Shown: positions 23,063 through 34,022 of the stretch, one piece after another
Layout: each line of letters starts with the position of its first letter
Position numbering within the stretch: the first letter of the stretch is position 1
Origin: Octopus bimaculoides
Taxonomy: Eukaryota
Direction: 5' to 3'
DNA: 34,058 nt
NCBI RefSeq assembly: GCF_001194135.2
Contig: NC_068989.1
Coordinates: 92,618,466 to 92,652,523, forward strand
Translations under genes and position numbers: made by a program
Notes under the pieces: generated by a model
The model's database searches: none
What the model saw: only the letters and a program-made list of their open reading frames with translations
What the model was told of the DNA's origin: nothing

Positions 23063-23347
23063 TATTATTATTATAATCATTGTTCAACATTTGGTAGTTT
23101 CTGACAAATTTCTACTGCATCACCTGCCACACATCCGTGTTGCCGGGGTGTGTGCAGCATTGTGTGTTCTTTTCTGTTGTTGGGAATGTGCAAGCTCTTA
23201 TCGATACAGTATTGCGTCAGATTTTGTCTCTTCATTTGTTGTATTACTGCCTCTATTGTGTGTTGAGTGTGTAATGCATTGGTTGTCTAGATTGCTGGTG
23301 GAAGTTTCTTTCACTGGATAATTGCTGTGTTTTTTTTGTTTACGTTG

Positions 23348-23628
23348 TATTATTTTTATTATTCCTTCGTAACACAGTCTAGGTAAAAAATGCACCGGAG
23401 TCTTTAATCATCTTTCAAGTCACAACAAGTATCTCAGCCAGATTGTACTTACCTTAAGATGTGCGCTGTGCCCAATAAGGCTGCTTTTTGCAAGATATCA
23501 ATCTTGCATGGGATTTCCAGTTGCCTTAAGAAGTCTTGAAGTTTCACCCCAGCACTCCGATCACCATTGGTATCACTTTTACATTACCTTCTCACATTCC
23601 ATACAGTCTTGCCATTTCCTCAAGACGC
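23348..23628 (-). mobile_element. R4/Dong-clade LINE 3' fragment 3, (AAT)n-like tail
   Basis: LEEMARLYGM*EGNVKVIPMVIGVLG / VKLQDFLRQLEIPCKIDILQKAALLGTAHILR*V. Tail at 23348-23363. Confidence 0.85.
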
Positions 23629-23792
23629 AACGAAAATTTTAGGAAAATAAAAATGAGAAATAAGTGGAAATTTTACCGGTGAGTGTGTTAAATTATAAGG
23701 CACAAAAAGAAAATGACTCCTTAGACACAACAGAATATGCTTCAACACACGAACTCACATAAAGAATCTTGCAAACCAAAACCAAAAACGAA

Positions 23793-23855
<63 letters not shown>

Positions 23856-24196
23856 TGTGTAGACACACACACATGCGCGCACATATAATATTCCTTTCCT
23901 AACTCACTAATCGTATGGAGGCCAGTGTTGTGTTTCATTGCAAAGAGAATATAATTAGAACGGATTCTCATTACCTTTTACTACAAGCTCGGAGCATGGT
24001 TTGAACCTTCATCAACACATAACTACACACTAACGAATCACTAGTTTGTATGAAATGTTTTCCATTCGCCTTTTGGCATCCTACAACAGGAACCAAAACA
24101 CACAGCCGTAGTAGACTAAGGAAACTGTTTATTGATTTCAGAATGTTACGCGATTTTATTAACGGTAAATTTTAGTTTAATCAATATACCAAAATC

Positions 24197-24412
24197 AGAA
24201 GGCAGCGAGCTGGCAGAAACGTTAGCACGCCGGGCGAATTGCTTAGCGGTATTTCGTCTGCTGTTACGTTCTGAGTTCAAATTCCGCCGAGGTCGACTTT
24301 GCCTTTCATCCTTTCGGGGTCGATTAAATAAGTACCAGTTACGCACTGGGGTCGATGTGATCGGCTATCCCTCCTCCAAATTTTCAGGCCATGTGCCTAC
24401 AGTAGAAAGAAT
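24197..24412 (+). mobile_element. SINE family B, copy 1 of tandem pair
   Basis: A-box-like tggcagaaacgtt, B-box gagttcaaattcc, core gcctttcatcctttcggggtcgattaaataagtacc. Confidence 0.9.
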
Positions 24413-24424
24413 TATACCAAAAGC

Positions 24425-24642
24425 AGAAGGCGGTGAGCTGGCAGAAACGTTAGCACGCCGGGCGATATGCTTAGCGGTAGTTCGTTTGCCGCTACATTCT
24501 GAGTTCATATTCCGCCGAGGTCGACTTTGCCTTCCAACCTTTCGGGGGCGATGAACTAAGTACCAGTTGCGTCCTGGGGTCGATGTAATCGACTTAACCG
24601 CTCCCTCAAAATTTCGGGCCTTGCGCCTACAGTAGGAAGAAT
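24425..24642 (+). mobile_element. SINE family B, copy 2 of tandem pair
   Basis: Collinear with copy 1 at a period of 228-230 bp. Confidence 0.9.
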
Positions 24643-25048
24643 TATACCAATAGCTGTGATTTTAAATGTAATGTGCTCTAATGCAGTGCTGCGTGTCAAG
24701 AGCGACTCAAACATTTTCTAAAGTAATCAAAATCTTTGCAAAGCCTTCTTCAAAATCGTATTATTTCTAAATTTGTTATATAAAAGGTTGGCTTTATCTG
24801 TTGCAGTCGATGGTATTGCAGAGACAGCAACTTGACAACCTATGCTTGGACAGTTTCTTGAAACAAGTATCTGATTTTCAGTACACTTACCACTTCGCCA
24901 CTCATAGCTATGCCATGAACGAAAGACTGGTCATTTTGTTTGCAGCATCCGTGGAGCCCGAACTAATGCCAGATATCAGATAATTATAAGCGTACACAAC
25001 TGCTTTATGATTCCTCCATCCGGATTTTCTGCTGGAGTTTACGCCTTT

Positions 25049-25113
25049 AGTGGGACTGAACCCGGAACCATGTGGTTGGTAAGCAATCTACTAACCACAC
25101 ATCGACTCCTGCG

Positions 25114-25116
<3 letters not shown>
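25049..25116 (-). mobile_element. tRNA-like head of SINE family A
   Basis: agtgggactgaacccggaaccatgtggttggtaagcaatctactaaccacac...ctcctgcgcc matches 33424-33484. Confidence 0.8.
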
Positions 25117-25173
<57 letters not shown>

Positions 25174-25771
25174 ATGTATGTATGTATAAAATTACGAATA
25201 AAGAGAAGCTCTAGTAATAGATATAAACATTATCGGTCGCACATACATAGTGTACGCTGTGTACACTCGTATGTGTTTTACTCAGACACCAAATAGCATC
25301 CAGGAAAACCTCCCTACATGAAGCCGAATGTTAAAGAATACATGAATGTCGTAGATCAAGCGAGAAAGCTCGCTTCGGAATTATCGAAAATGGAAGATAC
25401 CGATATTTCTCCATTATTGTAGCTTATAAATATCATGTACTTGGATAATCTTGGAACGAAGAAAATTGCTGCTTTATAACTTATCTGCAGATTGAAGTGT
25501 GCCTGCTGATAGGCAGCACGTTATTAGGAAGCAAACTTCTTACCACATAGCCATTTGTTAGGCCACTAAACCTAGCAAAATGGGTATTTAAGCAATGTTC
25601 TCGAATAGTTGATGGATTAGATGAAGTACTGATGAAATGGCAATACTACTTGAAATACATATATATATATATATATATTGATGCTTGTTTATATGCCGAT
25701 TTATAATAAGAACAATTTAACGTTACACGAAATGATTATTTAATACGTTTAATGTAGAGAACATATGTATT

Positions 25772-25945
25772 AGAGGGTGAACTGCCTAATGATTAAGATG
25801 TCGTACAAACGATCGCGAGTTCGTGGTTTCAATCCTTGAATGGGTTGTTCTGAAGCAAAACATTCCATTTCACACTGCTTCGTGACCAGTTCGACATCTG
25901 ACGTGTGGTACACCTTGCACTTGTTCAGAAAACATGGATTTGATG
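25772..25945 (+). mobile_element. Decayed tRNA-derived SINE family E
   Basis: B-box-like ggtttcaatcc. The body gaagcaaaacattccatttcacactgct...gacatctgacgtgtggtacac aligns with 30462-30630. Confidence 0.65.
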
Positions 25946-26192
25946 GGGTGGGGTGGGGTGGGGTGGGGGCGTGAACTAATGTATAAACAAATCATTCGTG
26001 CAGGTTGTTTAGCAAGCAATTTCAGAACCCTCATTCTCAGAATACAAAAGACTATCATACATATATTTATTACTTAAAAGAATAAAATATGAAGTGATGT
26101 GCATAGAATACTATAAGACAATAATTAATTTAAAACAGGTACGCAGAAAATATATCCAGCAAGGACGTATCCACAGACACACACATACACAC

Positions 26193-26240
<48 letters not shown>

Positions 26241-27612
26241 GTGTACACACACGCACACATACACATATATATAGGTAGCATATATGTATATATATATACA
26301 CTACCTACAGTACGTACACATTTAAGACATATACTAACAAATGCAATTATATTTTTATATTTGAATATATATATGTGTGTGTGTGAATGAGTGTGCGAGT
26401 GTGTGTCTGTGTGTGCACATACTTATGTGAGCATATATACTCGCCACGCACGCATAAATATCTCTTTAACTTAGCACCAACTGCGACAGTCACAGCAAGC
26501 TTCACTGCAGGAGATAACAGCTTAGTTACAGGTCTACAGGTGTAAAGGGAAAAAAAGAAAAGAAAAGAAGCATACGAAAATATCACCTCCTCCCCACACT
26601 TCCGTCGATAATAATATAAGGGTGTAACTATTTCGAAGAATTCCTGAGGAAACGCACCGCCAGTAATCTACTGTCTGCAGAAAGATAAGCTTCACTCCAA
26701 TTCTATGAAAATGCACTGACGGCCAAATCCGTGGCTATGACGTACGCGGCCTTAATTAGATATTTTCTTGCAAAACAAAGCAAACAATAAAAAAAAGAAA
26801 CAAGCAACACAAATATAATGAATAAAGAAAAATAAAGAAGAGCATAAAGAAAATTATAAAAATTTTGGGAAAAACGATAACAAAAAAATGTTGATAAACG
26901 GAAAGTGTACACCTTAAGAATTTTCTGTCTTTCCAAAGTGCCAGCACAAATATTATTCTTTTGGCCTGAAATATTCTGCTTTTGCTCGTTGTCATTGTAT
27001 TTATATCTTCAGAACTAATTACTACACATTGATATGCATATATGTGTATGGGCATCAGTGTGTGTGCTTGCAAAAGACTGGAAGATGAGGAATATATCTA
27101 CAATATAGAGAGAGGAATGTTTACTCGGTCGGCAGTTGAAATATTTCAGGATGACTTTGTCCATATTCCTGCAGCCGGACAAATGTTTATATCTTGACAG
27201 CTAACATATTAAAATTTGCGTGAAGATATATCGTTTGTAAACTACACTGCACTGCTAACATCGTGTAAGTAACAATATTGACTTGTAAACCTTTAATATT
27301 CTTGGAAGTATATTATGTTTGCAAAAGGAAACACTGTGTCCTTGCCAGCAATTAATTTTTCTCTGCCTACGAATAGTTTTGTTAGATATTTCTGTTTAGA
27401 TGAGCTGGACGCGGTACTGCTACAATTCTATCGTGGTCGTGTACTTGTGTATTTCTATTTCTCTGACGGGTTGTGTCGAAAACAGAGATGTGATAGCTTT
27501 TAAACACCTAATCTTTACAATATTTGCAGTATAACCTGTGGTCACGTGACTGACCACTAACAGATATTGTTTCACATCACTGTTCACATGCATATTCTTT
27601 CGTCCCAAATTT

Positions 27613-27756
27613 TCTCACTCCTTCTTCCTGTTTCTTGAGTAACGCTGCGATGGACTGGCGTCCCGTCCCGCTGAGGAGAAACACATACGCTATAGAAACC
27701 GGGAAACCGGGCCAATGAGCCTGGCTAGGTTTTAGAAGGGCGTAAAAGAAGAAGAA
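27613..27756 (+). mobile_element. SINE 3' part with V-domain-like motif
   Basis: gctgcgatggactggcgtcccgtcc resembles the V-SINE central motif (from recall). Preceded by tttctcactccttcttcctgtttct, shared with family C; ends in a (GAA)n tail. Confidence 0.55.
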
Positions 27757-27770
27757 TTCCTTTTCTGTTG

Positions 27771-27851
27771 TTGGCACAAGGCCCGAAATTTGGGGGGAGG
27801 GAGCCAGTCAATTGCATCGACTCCAGTACGCAACTGGTACTTAATTTATCG
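27771..27851 (-). mobile_element. 3' part of SINE family B
   Basis: Reverse complement reads cgataaattaagtaccagttgcgtactggagtcgatgcaattgac...aaatttcgggccttgtgccaa. Confidence 0.8.
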
Positions 27852-28035
27852 AAGATAGGTGAGGGAACAACAAACAGGAAAGAATGGAAAAGTCTTTGAC
27901 GCTTCGAGCCGATGCTCTTCAACAGGAAAGGATGTGAAAAAGAAAAAGTGCAGAGAGTACGGGAAAACGGAGAGAGAAAAAAATGTGTTGGAATTAACGG
28001 TTCAACATGATGGAATATATTTTTATACATATATA

Positions 28036-28440
28036 GGCGCAGGAGCGGCTATGTGGTAAGAAGCTTGCTTCGTAACCACATGGTACCAGGTTCAGTCTCA
28101 CTGCATGGCATCATGGATGAGTGACTTCTACTATAGCCTCGGGCCGACCAAAGCCTTGTGAGTTGATTTGGTGGACGGAAACTGAAAAGAAGCCCATTGT
28201 ATATATATATGTGTGTGTGTGTGTAATTGTGTGCCTGTGTTTGTTCCCACCCATCATCGCCTGACAACCGATGCTGGTGTGTTTAATTAACCGTAACGTA
28301 GCGGTTTGACAAAAAAGAGACCGATAGAATAAGTACCAGGTTTACAAAGAATAAATCGTGGATTCGATTTGTTCGACTAAAGGCAGTGCTCAAGCATGGC
28401 CACAGTCAAACGACTGAAACAAATAAAGAAGTAAAAGAAG
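28036..28440 (+). mobile_element. Full-length tRNA-derived CORE-like SINE family A
   Basis: Head ggcgcaggagcggctatgtggtaag, B-box-like ggttcagtctc, internal (TA/GT)n, 3' aaggcagtgctcaagcatggccacagtcaaacgactgaaac and an (AAAG)-like tail. Confidence 0.9.
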
Positions 28441-28736
28441 ACACAAAATGCATATATATATATACAAACATTGATATTTAAGAGAGAGAGAGAGAGAGAG
28501 ACTGACAGAGAGAGAGACAGAGAGTGTTTGAGGATTACAAGGACTTATATAAAAGCGAAACATGTCTCGAGTTATCTCCCGTAATTACCAGACTAATTAA
28601 AATGGCATTAGTCATTGAGCATGATTGTTTCTCTTCACTCTTCACTTATTGCTACTTAGAGGTTCAATATTTTGGTTTTATAGTTTTGGTGTCTGTCGTA
28701 TTTAGAATTAAATTCGCTTGATTAGCATATGTGTCT

Positions 28737-28823
<87 letters not shown>

Positions 28824-29116
28824 TGTGTTTGTCTATATATTTGTGCATGTGTGTATTAATGTCTAGGTTTATGAGATTTGGTGGGTCAGCGTCACTAGAT
28901 ATTTATACATACATACACCCACACACAGACACTCACACACACACACACACATATATATATATGTATATATGTATATATACATATATACATATATACACAT
29001 ATATATGTATATATATATATATACACATATATATATATACATATATATACATATATATACATATAAACACATATATATATACATATACACACATATTTAC
29101 ATACATACACACACAC

Positions 29117-29168
<52 letters not shown>

Positions 29169-29170
29169 CT
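28737..29170. repeat. (GT)n followed by (CA)/(TA)-rich compound microsatellite
   Basis: Directly visible; source of several spurious ORFs. Confidence 0.95.
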
Positions 29171-29643
29171 ATATTCATGCATATATACACAACTACTTAC
29201 CCGCATACAAACATACAAACACAACAAACATACATGTACATAAAGACAAATTAGCTTTTAGTGTAGGTGCGTGCATATGCGCTTATGTTATTGTATTTCT
29301 ATGTGTGTCTATGCGTGTATGTGTGAATATCGCTATATGTACAATCTTTTGATTTCTCTCTGCTGCGTCCGCCAGGCAGATCTCGTTCGCTTTTATTCTG
29401 TCTGCAAAATCTTCAGACATGTTTTCAATTCTGTCAGATACTCTTGTAGTGATATTTATCTCTTCCATCGCGCCATCCGTGCCAATCTTGTCAGCTTCTA
29501 CGCCATTTTTATCACGCTCCTTAACCAACAGCACAACCTTATCTCACGCTAGAATCAACTAACCATACGTAATACCAAACCGATCCTTTACCTCACAAGC
29601 GCTCCAGATTCAAACATGCCATCTATTTTTTCTATAAATCCCT

Positions 29644-29900
29644 GTCTCTCTCTCTCTCTCTATCTATCTATCTCTCCCCCTCTATCTCTCCCCCCCTCTC
29701 TCTCTCTCTCTCTCACTTATTCTCTACCCCATGGCTTTCTTGCCCGTTCTCTCTCTCTTTCTCTACCCTATGGTTTCCTTATCCTTTCTCTTTCTGTCTG
29801 TCTTTCTCTCTCTCACACACACACACTTTCAGTTTGTCTTTTCGCTTTTCATATATCACTCCATTTCCCCACCTCTCTCTCTCTCGCTCTCTCGTTCTCT
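29644..29900. repeat. (CT)n-rich polypyrimidine tract
   Basis: Directly visible degenerate (CT)n. Confidence 0.9.
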
Positions 29901-30138
29901 CTCTATCAATCTAGCTTTTTTATTTTCTATCACATTCTCTCCCTTTGTTACAAACACACTCACTCACTCCTTTCCTATCTCTTGTTTTCATTTTTTTTTT
30001 GTTTCTTTCTATATCTTTCCATATGTTTCACCCTCTCGCTTTCATCAGATCTTTGACTGTCTCTAACTACTTATCTACCCATCGATCTATGTGTCTGCCA
30101 GTCTATCTGATTGCATACATGTACATTTATGTACATGC

Positions 30139-30197
<59 letters not shown>

Positions 30198-30461
30198 TGT
30201 GTGTGTGTGTGTGCAGTTAATGAGCGTTCTTATTTTTATGCCTAAAATACAACGGTGACACACACACACACACACACAGTTGTTAAAAGATTCGATGTAA
30301 GTATAGAGTCTAAACATGCATAATTATCATATTGATAGTGACTTCGAATATCCACCAAGTTTGTGACTTACCGATATACATACATATATGTATACACACA
30401 CACACACATCCACACACATACACACACACACAAACACACACACACATATATATATATATAT

Positions 30462-30630
30462 GAAGGCTTATGGCCTTGTGGTTCGGGTGTTGTCCACATG
30501 ATCTAGCGATCATGATTTCAATTCCTAGACCGAGTGGTACGTTGTGTTCTTGAGCAAAACACTTCATTTCACGCTGCTCTGCGATCACTTTGACACCTGA
30601 CGCGCGGCACACAGTGCACCTATTCAGGTA
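30462..30630 (+). mobile_element. tRNA-derived SINE family E, 5' part
   Basis: A-box-like tggccttgtgg (30471-30481), B-box-like atttcaattcc (30515-30525), CORE-like tcttgagcaaaacacttc. Confidence 0.75.
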
Positions 30631-31447
30631 ACATTCAGGTAACATATANNNNNNNNNNNNNNNNNNNNNNNNNNNNNNNNNNNNNNNNNNNNNNNNNNNA
30701 TATATATATATATATATAACGCCAACAATATATACATAAAATAAAAGAAAGAAAATGCATGTTTACATAGTTTTAATATATTATTTTAATATATTCTATA
30801 AGTGAAAGAATATTGTGTTTGTCAACCGGTTTTGCTTTCGCTAATCATGACAATAAAGTTATTGTAATTTCGTATTTTCTTCAGAAGATTTTAGTCCATG
30901 TTGCTCAACAGCCTATATATATATGAGTAAAATTTGGATGTAAACACCTGAAGAAAGATATTATGATTGTTAATATTAACTCGGTGAAAATAAATAATTG
31001 ATAATAATAACAATGATAATATAGGTAGTTCCAGGTTTTTAGATGCCATTATATAGCTATACATTAAAATTAAAAATTATCACTAAGCTTAAGAACGTCA
31101 TATCCTCGAGATATGACAAAGACAACAATAGGTTAGAGAATTAAACAATTAAAACCAAGCCATTAGAAATTACGTCATTCGGATATTCATTTACCATGGC
31201 TTCGAGTTCTAGCCCGCGCGCGCTCGCCTACTGTTGTGACAAGCATATTTCAATGATTTCGGTGGTGGATTTGGTGAGATTATTGTTGTTGCCGTTATGG
31301 AGACTGATGATTTACATGATTGATATTTTTGCTGTTGTTGTAATCATTGCTGTTCTTTTTCTTCTTCTTCTTCTTGTCGTCATCGTCGTCGTTGTTCTAT
31401 GTCATTTCGAAGCTTCATCTAATTCTCTCGTTACGCAAAATTTCTTG

Positions 31448-32010
31448 TGTTTGCACACAAGAAATATATTTCTTTTCATTCCGTGGAGTTTTATGCGTGT
31501 AATTCCTTGCGTGGGGAGGAGGAAATGCTAAGAAGCGTTCGATGCAACCATGGGATTGTGTGGTGTATCTGAAGTTAATGAATGCGTAAGATTATTCATA
31601 ATAGACTTACTTCGTAAGAAATACTGCTATGCAAAATTCGGGATTTACAGAGATGAGGAACCATTCGTTTTCCGGGTCTTTAATGGTCACGCTGTGGATG
31701 CTGTTGGAAAAGAGCTTATCAATAAATTCAAAGAGTTAACTCGAAAGATGACAGGCAAAAAGAATATAAATATGATGAAATTTTTAAACATAACTCTAGT
31801 TTAACGTATTAGTAAATACAGATGATACAGTTAACCTGAAACGGAAGGTATATTGAGGTAAACCAGGCAACCCAACATGCCTAAGAAACTAAGTTGATAG
31901 TATTAGTCAAAATATATCCAGCTTCTAGTATTAAAAATCTACGAGCCGTGTGACTCGTTGTCACTATAGAACTTTACAAAAGAGTGACTTCAAAAATCGA
32001 GTATTATATA
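31448..32010 (+). mobile_element. Penelope-like element reverse transcriptase fossil
   Basis: One frame reads LHTRNIFLF..PCVGRRKC*EAFDATMGLCGVSEVNECVRLFII..FGIYRDE..FKELTRKMT..MKFLNITL, then SISQNISS and YRTLQKSDFKN after a shift. This follows the PLE motifs FDVTMGS.DGAEVCELVG, GLYRDD, FLD.TL, SISKRIS and AL.KSGF. Contains stops, and YRDD reads YRDE (31646-31657). Confidence 0.85.
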
Positions 32011-32240
32011 CACAGAGCAAGCCTAATACTGGAACCACAAAATTAGGAAACGAAATATTATATAATATAAACCTCTATAGAATTTATATAATATAAACCT
32101 CTATACTCGTTCAAATACTAGCAGGATTTTACTGAACAGTATAAATAAGCATTTCCCCGTCGTAGACTGTAGGTATCATTGGACGTTTAATCAAAAAAAA
32201 TAAATAAAATAACGTTACGGTGAGCTACAGTCGCAACATA

Positions 32241-32460
32241 TGTGAGGGTGTGCTGAAATGTTCCTGGCTTCAAGGGAATCGCGAAAGGCCTGGCTGGAGG
32301 CCCAAACTTTCGAGTTCTTTTAGAGGGCTTAGAAAAACAGAAGGACAGCTGCAATAAGTGCGTGAATCTGAGAGGGGAAAATGTTGAATAAGGTCATAAT
32401 TAACTGATCATCCAATATTTTCTTTTACTGAAAGAGAGGAACTTTTCAGTATCCCGTCGA
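32241..32460 (+). mobile_element. Mariner-derived MITE retaining the transposase C-terminus
   Basis: TIRs gagggtgtgctgaaatgttcctggctt and aaagagaggaacttttcagtatcccgtc. 32326-32391 encodes GLEKQKDSCNKCVNLRGENVE*, like the mariner terminal G..KL..RW.KC....G.YVE. Confidence 0.8.
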
Positions 32461-32763
32461 GTATTGCTGAAATAAACATCAAAGATGCTTCTTCCCCCCA
32501 CAGAGACCCTGCAGAAGGTGCCCAGCAGTTTTGAAAGCTCTTCTGAATCCATTGCAATACTGGAAATTCTTCCGTTTCGTCAGCGGGTAACGCTGGGTCA
32601 CAAGCAACTCACTCCTTAATCTGTGCGCTCCACATGATAGGGGCAGCAAGGACTGAGCTAGTCTTCACTTATACGGGAACTTTTAAACTCGAAGCAATTA
32701 CAGGAATAAGTAATAGCATGTAAATGTTGAATCAAAAACCATTTGAATGGAGAAAAACGAAGA

Positions 32764-32834
32764 CGACTCGTGGGTCTCGAACCAATGTCTTCTGTAAGCA
32801 TAACAGACGTTCTATCACTGGACCAAAGCAGTCC
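32764..32834 (-). pseudogene. tRNA-like pseudogene (anticodon loop TATGCTT; TGC/Ala if read at positions 34-36)
   Basis: A-box tggtccagtgata, perfect anticodon stem TCTGT/ACAGA, T-loop TTCGAGA, partial acceptor stem ggactgc/g-agtc, and TTTTT 7 nt downstream. T and D stems are mismatched. Confidence 0.55.
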
Positions 32835-33078
32835 TTCAGATTACTCTATGACGTTGGCAATACACCCCACCCACATATATATANNNNNNNNNNNNNNNNN
32901 NNNNNNNNNNNNNNNNNNNNNNNNNNNNNNNNNNNNNNNNNNNNNNNNNNNNNNNNNNNNNNNNNNNNNNNNNNNNNNNNNNNNNNNNNNNNNNNNCGAT
33001 GTTGGGGGGAGAAACACAGATACGCAACATATACACACATACACATACATATATGCATATATATATGTATATATACAT

Positions 33079-33484
33079 ATTCTTTTTATTCTTTTTACTT
33101 GTTTCAGTCATTTGACTGCGGCCATGCTGGAGCACCGCCTTTAGTCGAATCAAATCGACCCCAGGACTTATTCTTTGTAAGCCTAGTACTTATTCTATCG
33201 GTCTCTTTTTGCCGAACCGCTAAGTTACGGAGACCTAAGCACACCAGCATCGGTTGTCAAGCGATGTTGGGGGGAGAAACACAGATACGCAACATATACA
33301 CACATACACATACATATATGCATATATACGACGGGCTTCTTTCAGTTTCCGCCTACCAAATCCACTCACAAGGCTTTGGTCGGCCCGAGGCTATAGTAGA
33401 AGACACTTGCCCAAGGTGCCACGCAGTGGGACTGAACCCGGAACCATGTGGTTCGTAAGCAAGCTACTTACCACACAGCCACTC
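33079..33484 (-). mobile_element. Full-length tRNA-derived CORE-like SINE family A (least diverged copy)
   Basis: Reverse complement: gagtggctgtgtggtaag (A box), ggttcagtccc (B box), ccttgggcaagtg (CORE-like), ...ggcggtgctccagcatggccgcagtcaaatgactgaaacaagtaaaaag. Octopus OR2 is a described CORE-SINE, but identity with it is not verified. Confidence 0.92.
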
Positions 33485-34022
33485 ATATATGTATATATGT
33501 ATGTATATATATATATATATGTATATATACGCACACGCATATACATACATATGCACAAACACATGCATACGTATATACACACACACTATCACGCAGACAT
33601 GCACCCGCACCTTGGCTTTGCCAGATGTGTAAAGTTATTGCATTTCTGATCCGCCCCTAAATACAACAGACTTCAACCTAATTAGAAACCACAGAAACTA
33701 TAATTGATTTATTTTAGTTGATTGATTTAATAATTAAAGCAATTACAATTAGGTGTCTCAGTACAGACGAGCTGGATACAAGCATGCGCACATACGTGCA
33801 GACGAGCTTGGCTATTTATACATTCATACAATCATGCATGCACGCACATACACACACGCACATTCACATGCATTTGGATATACATATTGATTCGTGTTTG
33901 AATGTATGTATATGTGTGTGTATATATATGTGTTTGTGTGTGTGTGTGTGTGTGTGTATGTATATATATATGTATAGGCCACTGGTAGTAACATTTTGTG
34001 TAGTTTTGCTACCCTTTGTATA

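Noticed and set aside
24185-24654. Repeat-spacer-repeat pattern suggestive of CRISPR
   Set aside because: The spacers are two ~216-bp SINE copies, the context is eukaryotic and there are no cas genes.
25298-25423. Short helix-like frame HPGKPPYMKPNVKEYMNVVDQARKLASELSKMEDTDISPLL*
   Set aside because: About 41 codons, weak acceptor, no family recognised.
25629-25662. CTGATGA...GAAA hammerhead-like spacing
   Set aside because: Stem II pairs poorly, and stems I and III depend on adjacent (TA)n, which pairs with anything AT-rich.
26455-26540. Minus-strand polypyrimidine/AG with one open frame PVTKLLSPAVKLAVTVAVGAKLK
   Set aside because: No convincing donor, and the phase is incompatible with the 29343-29543 candidate.
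32504-32586. Plus-strand AG...GT 83-bp exon candidate
   Set aside because: Two frames are open, neither is recognisable, and there is no partner exon.
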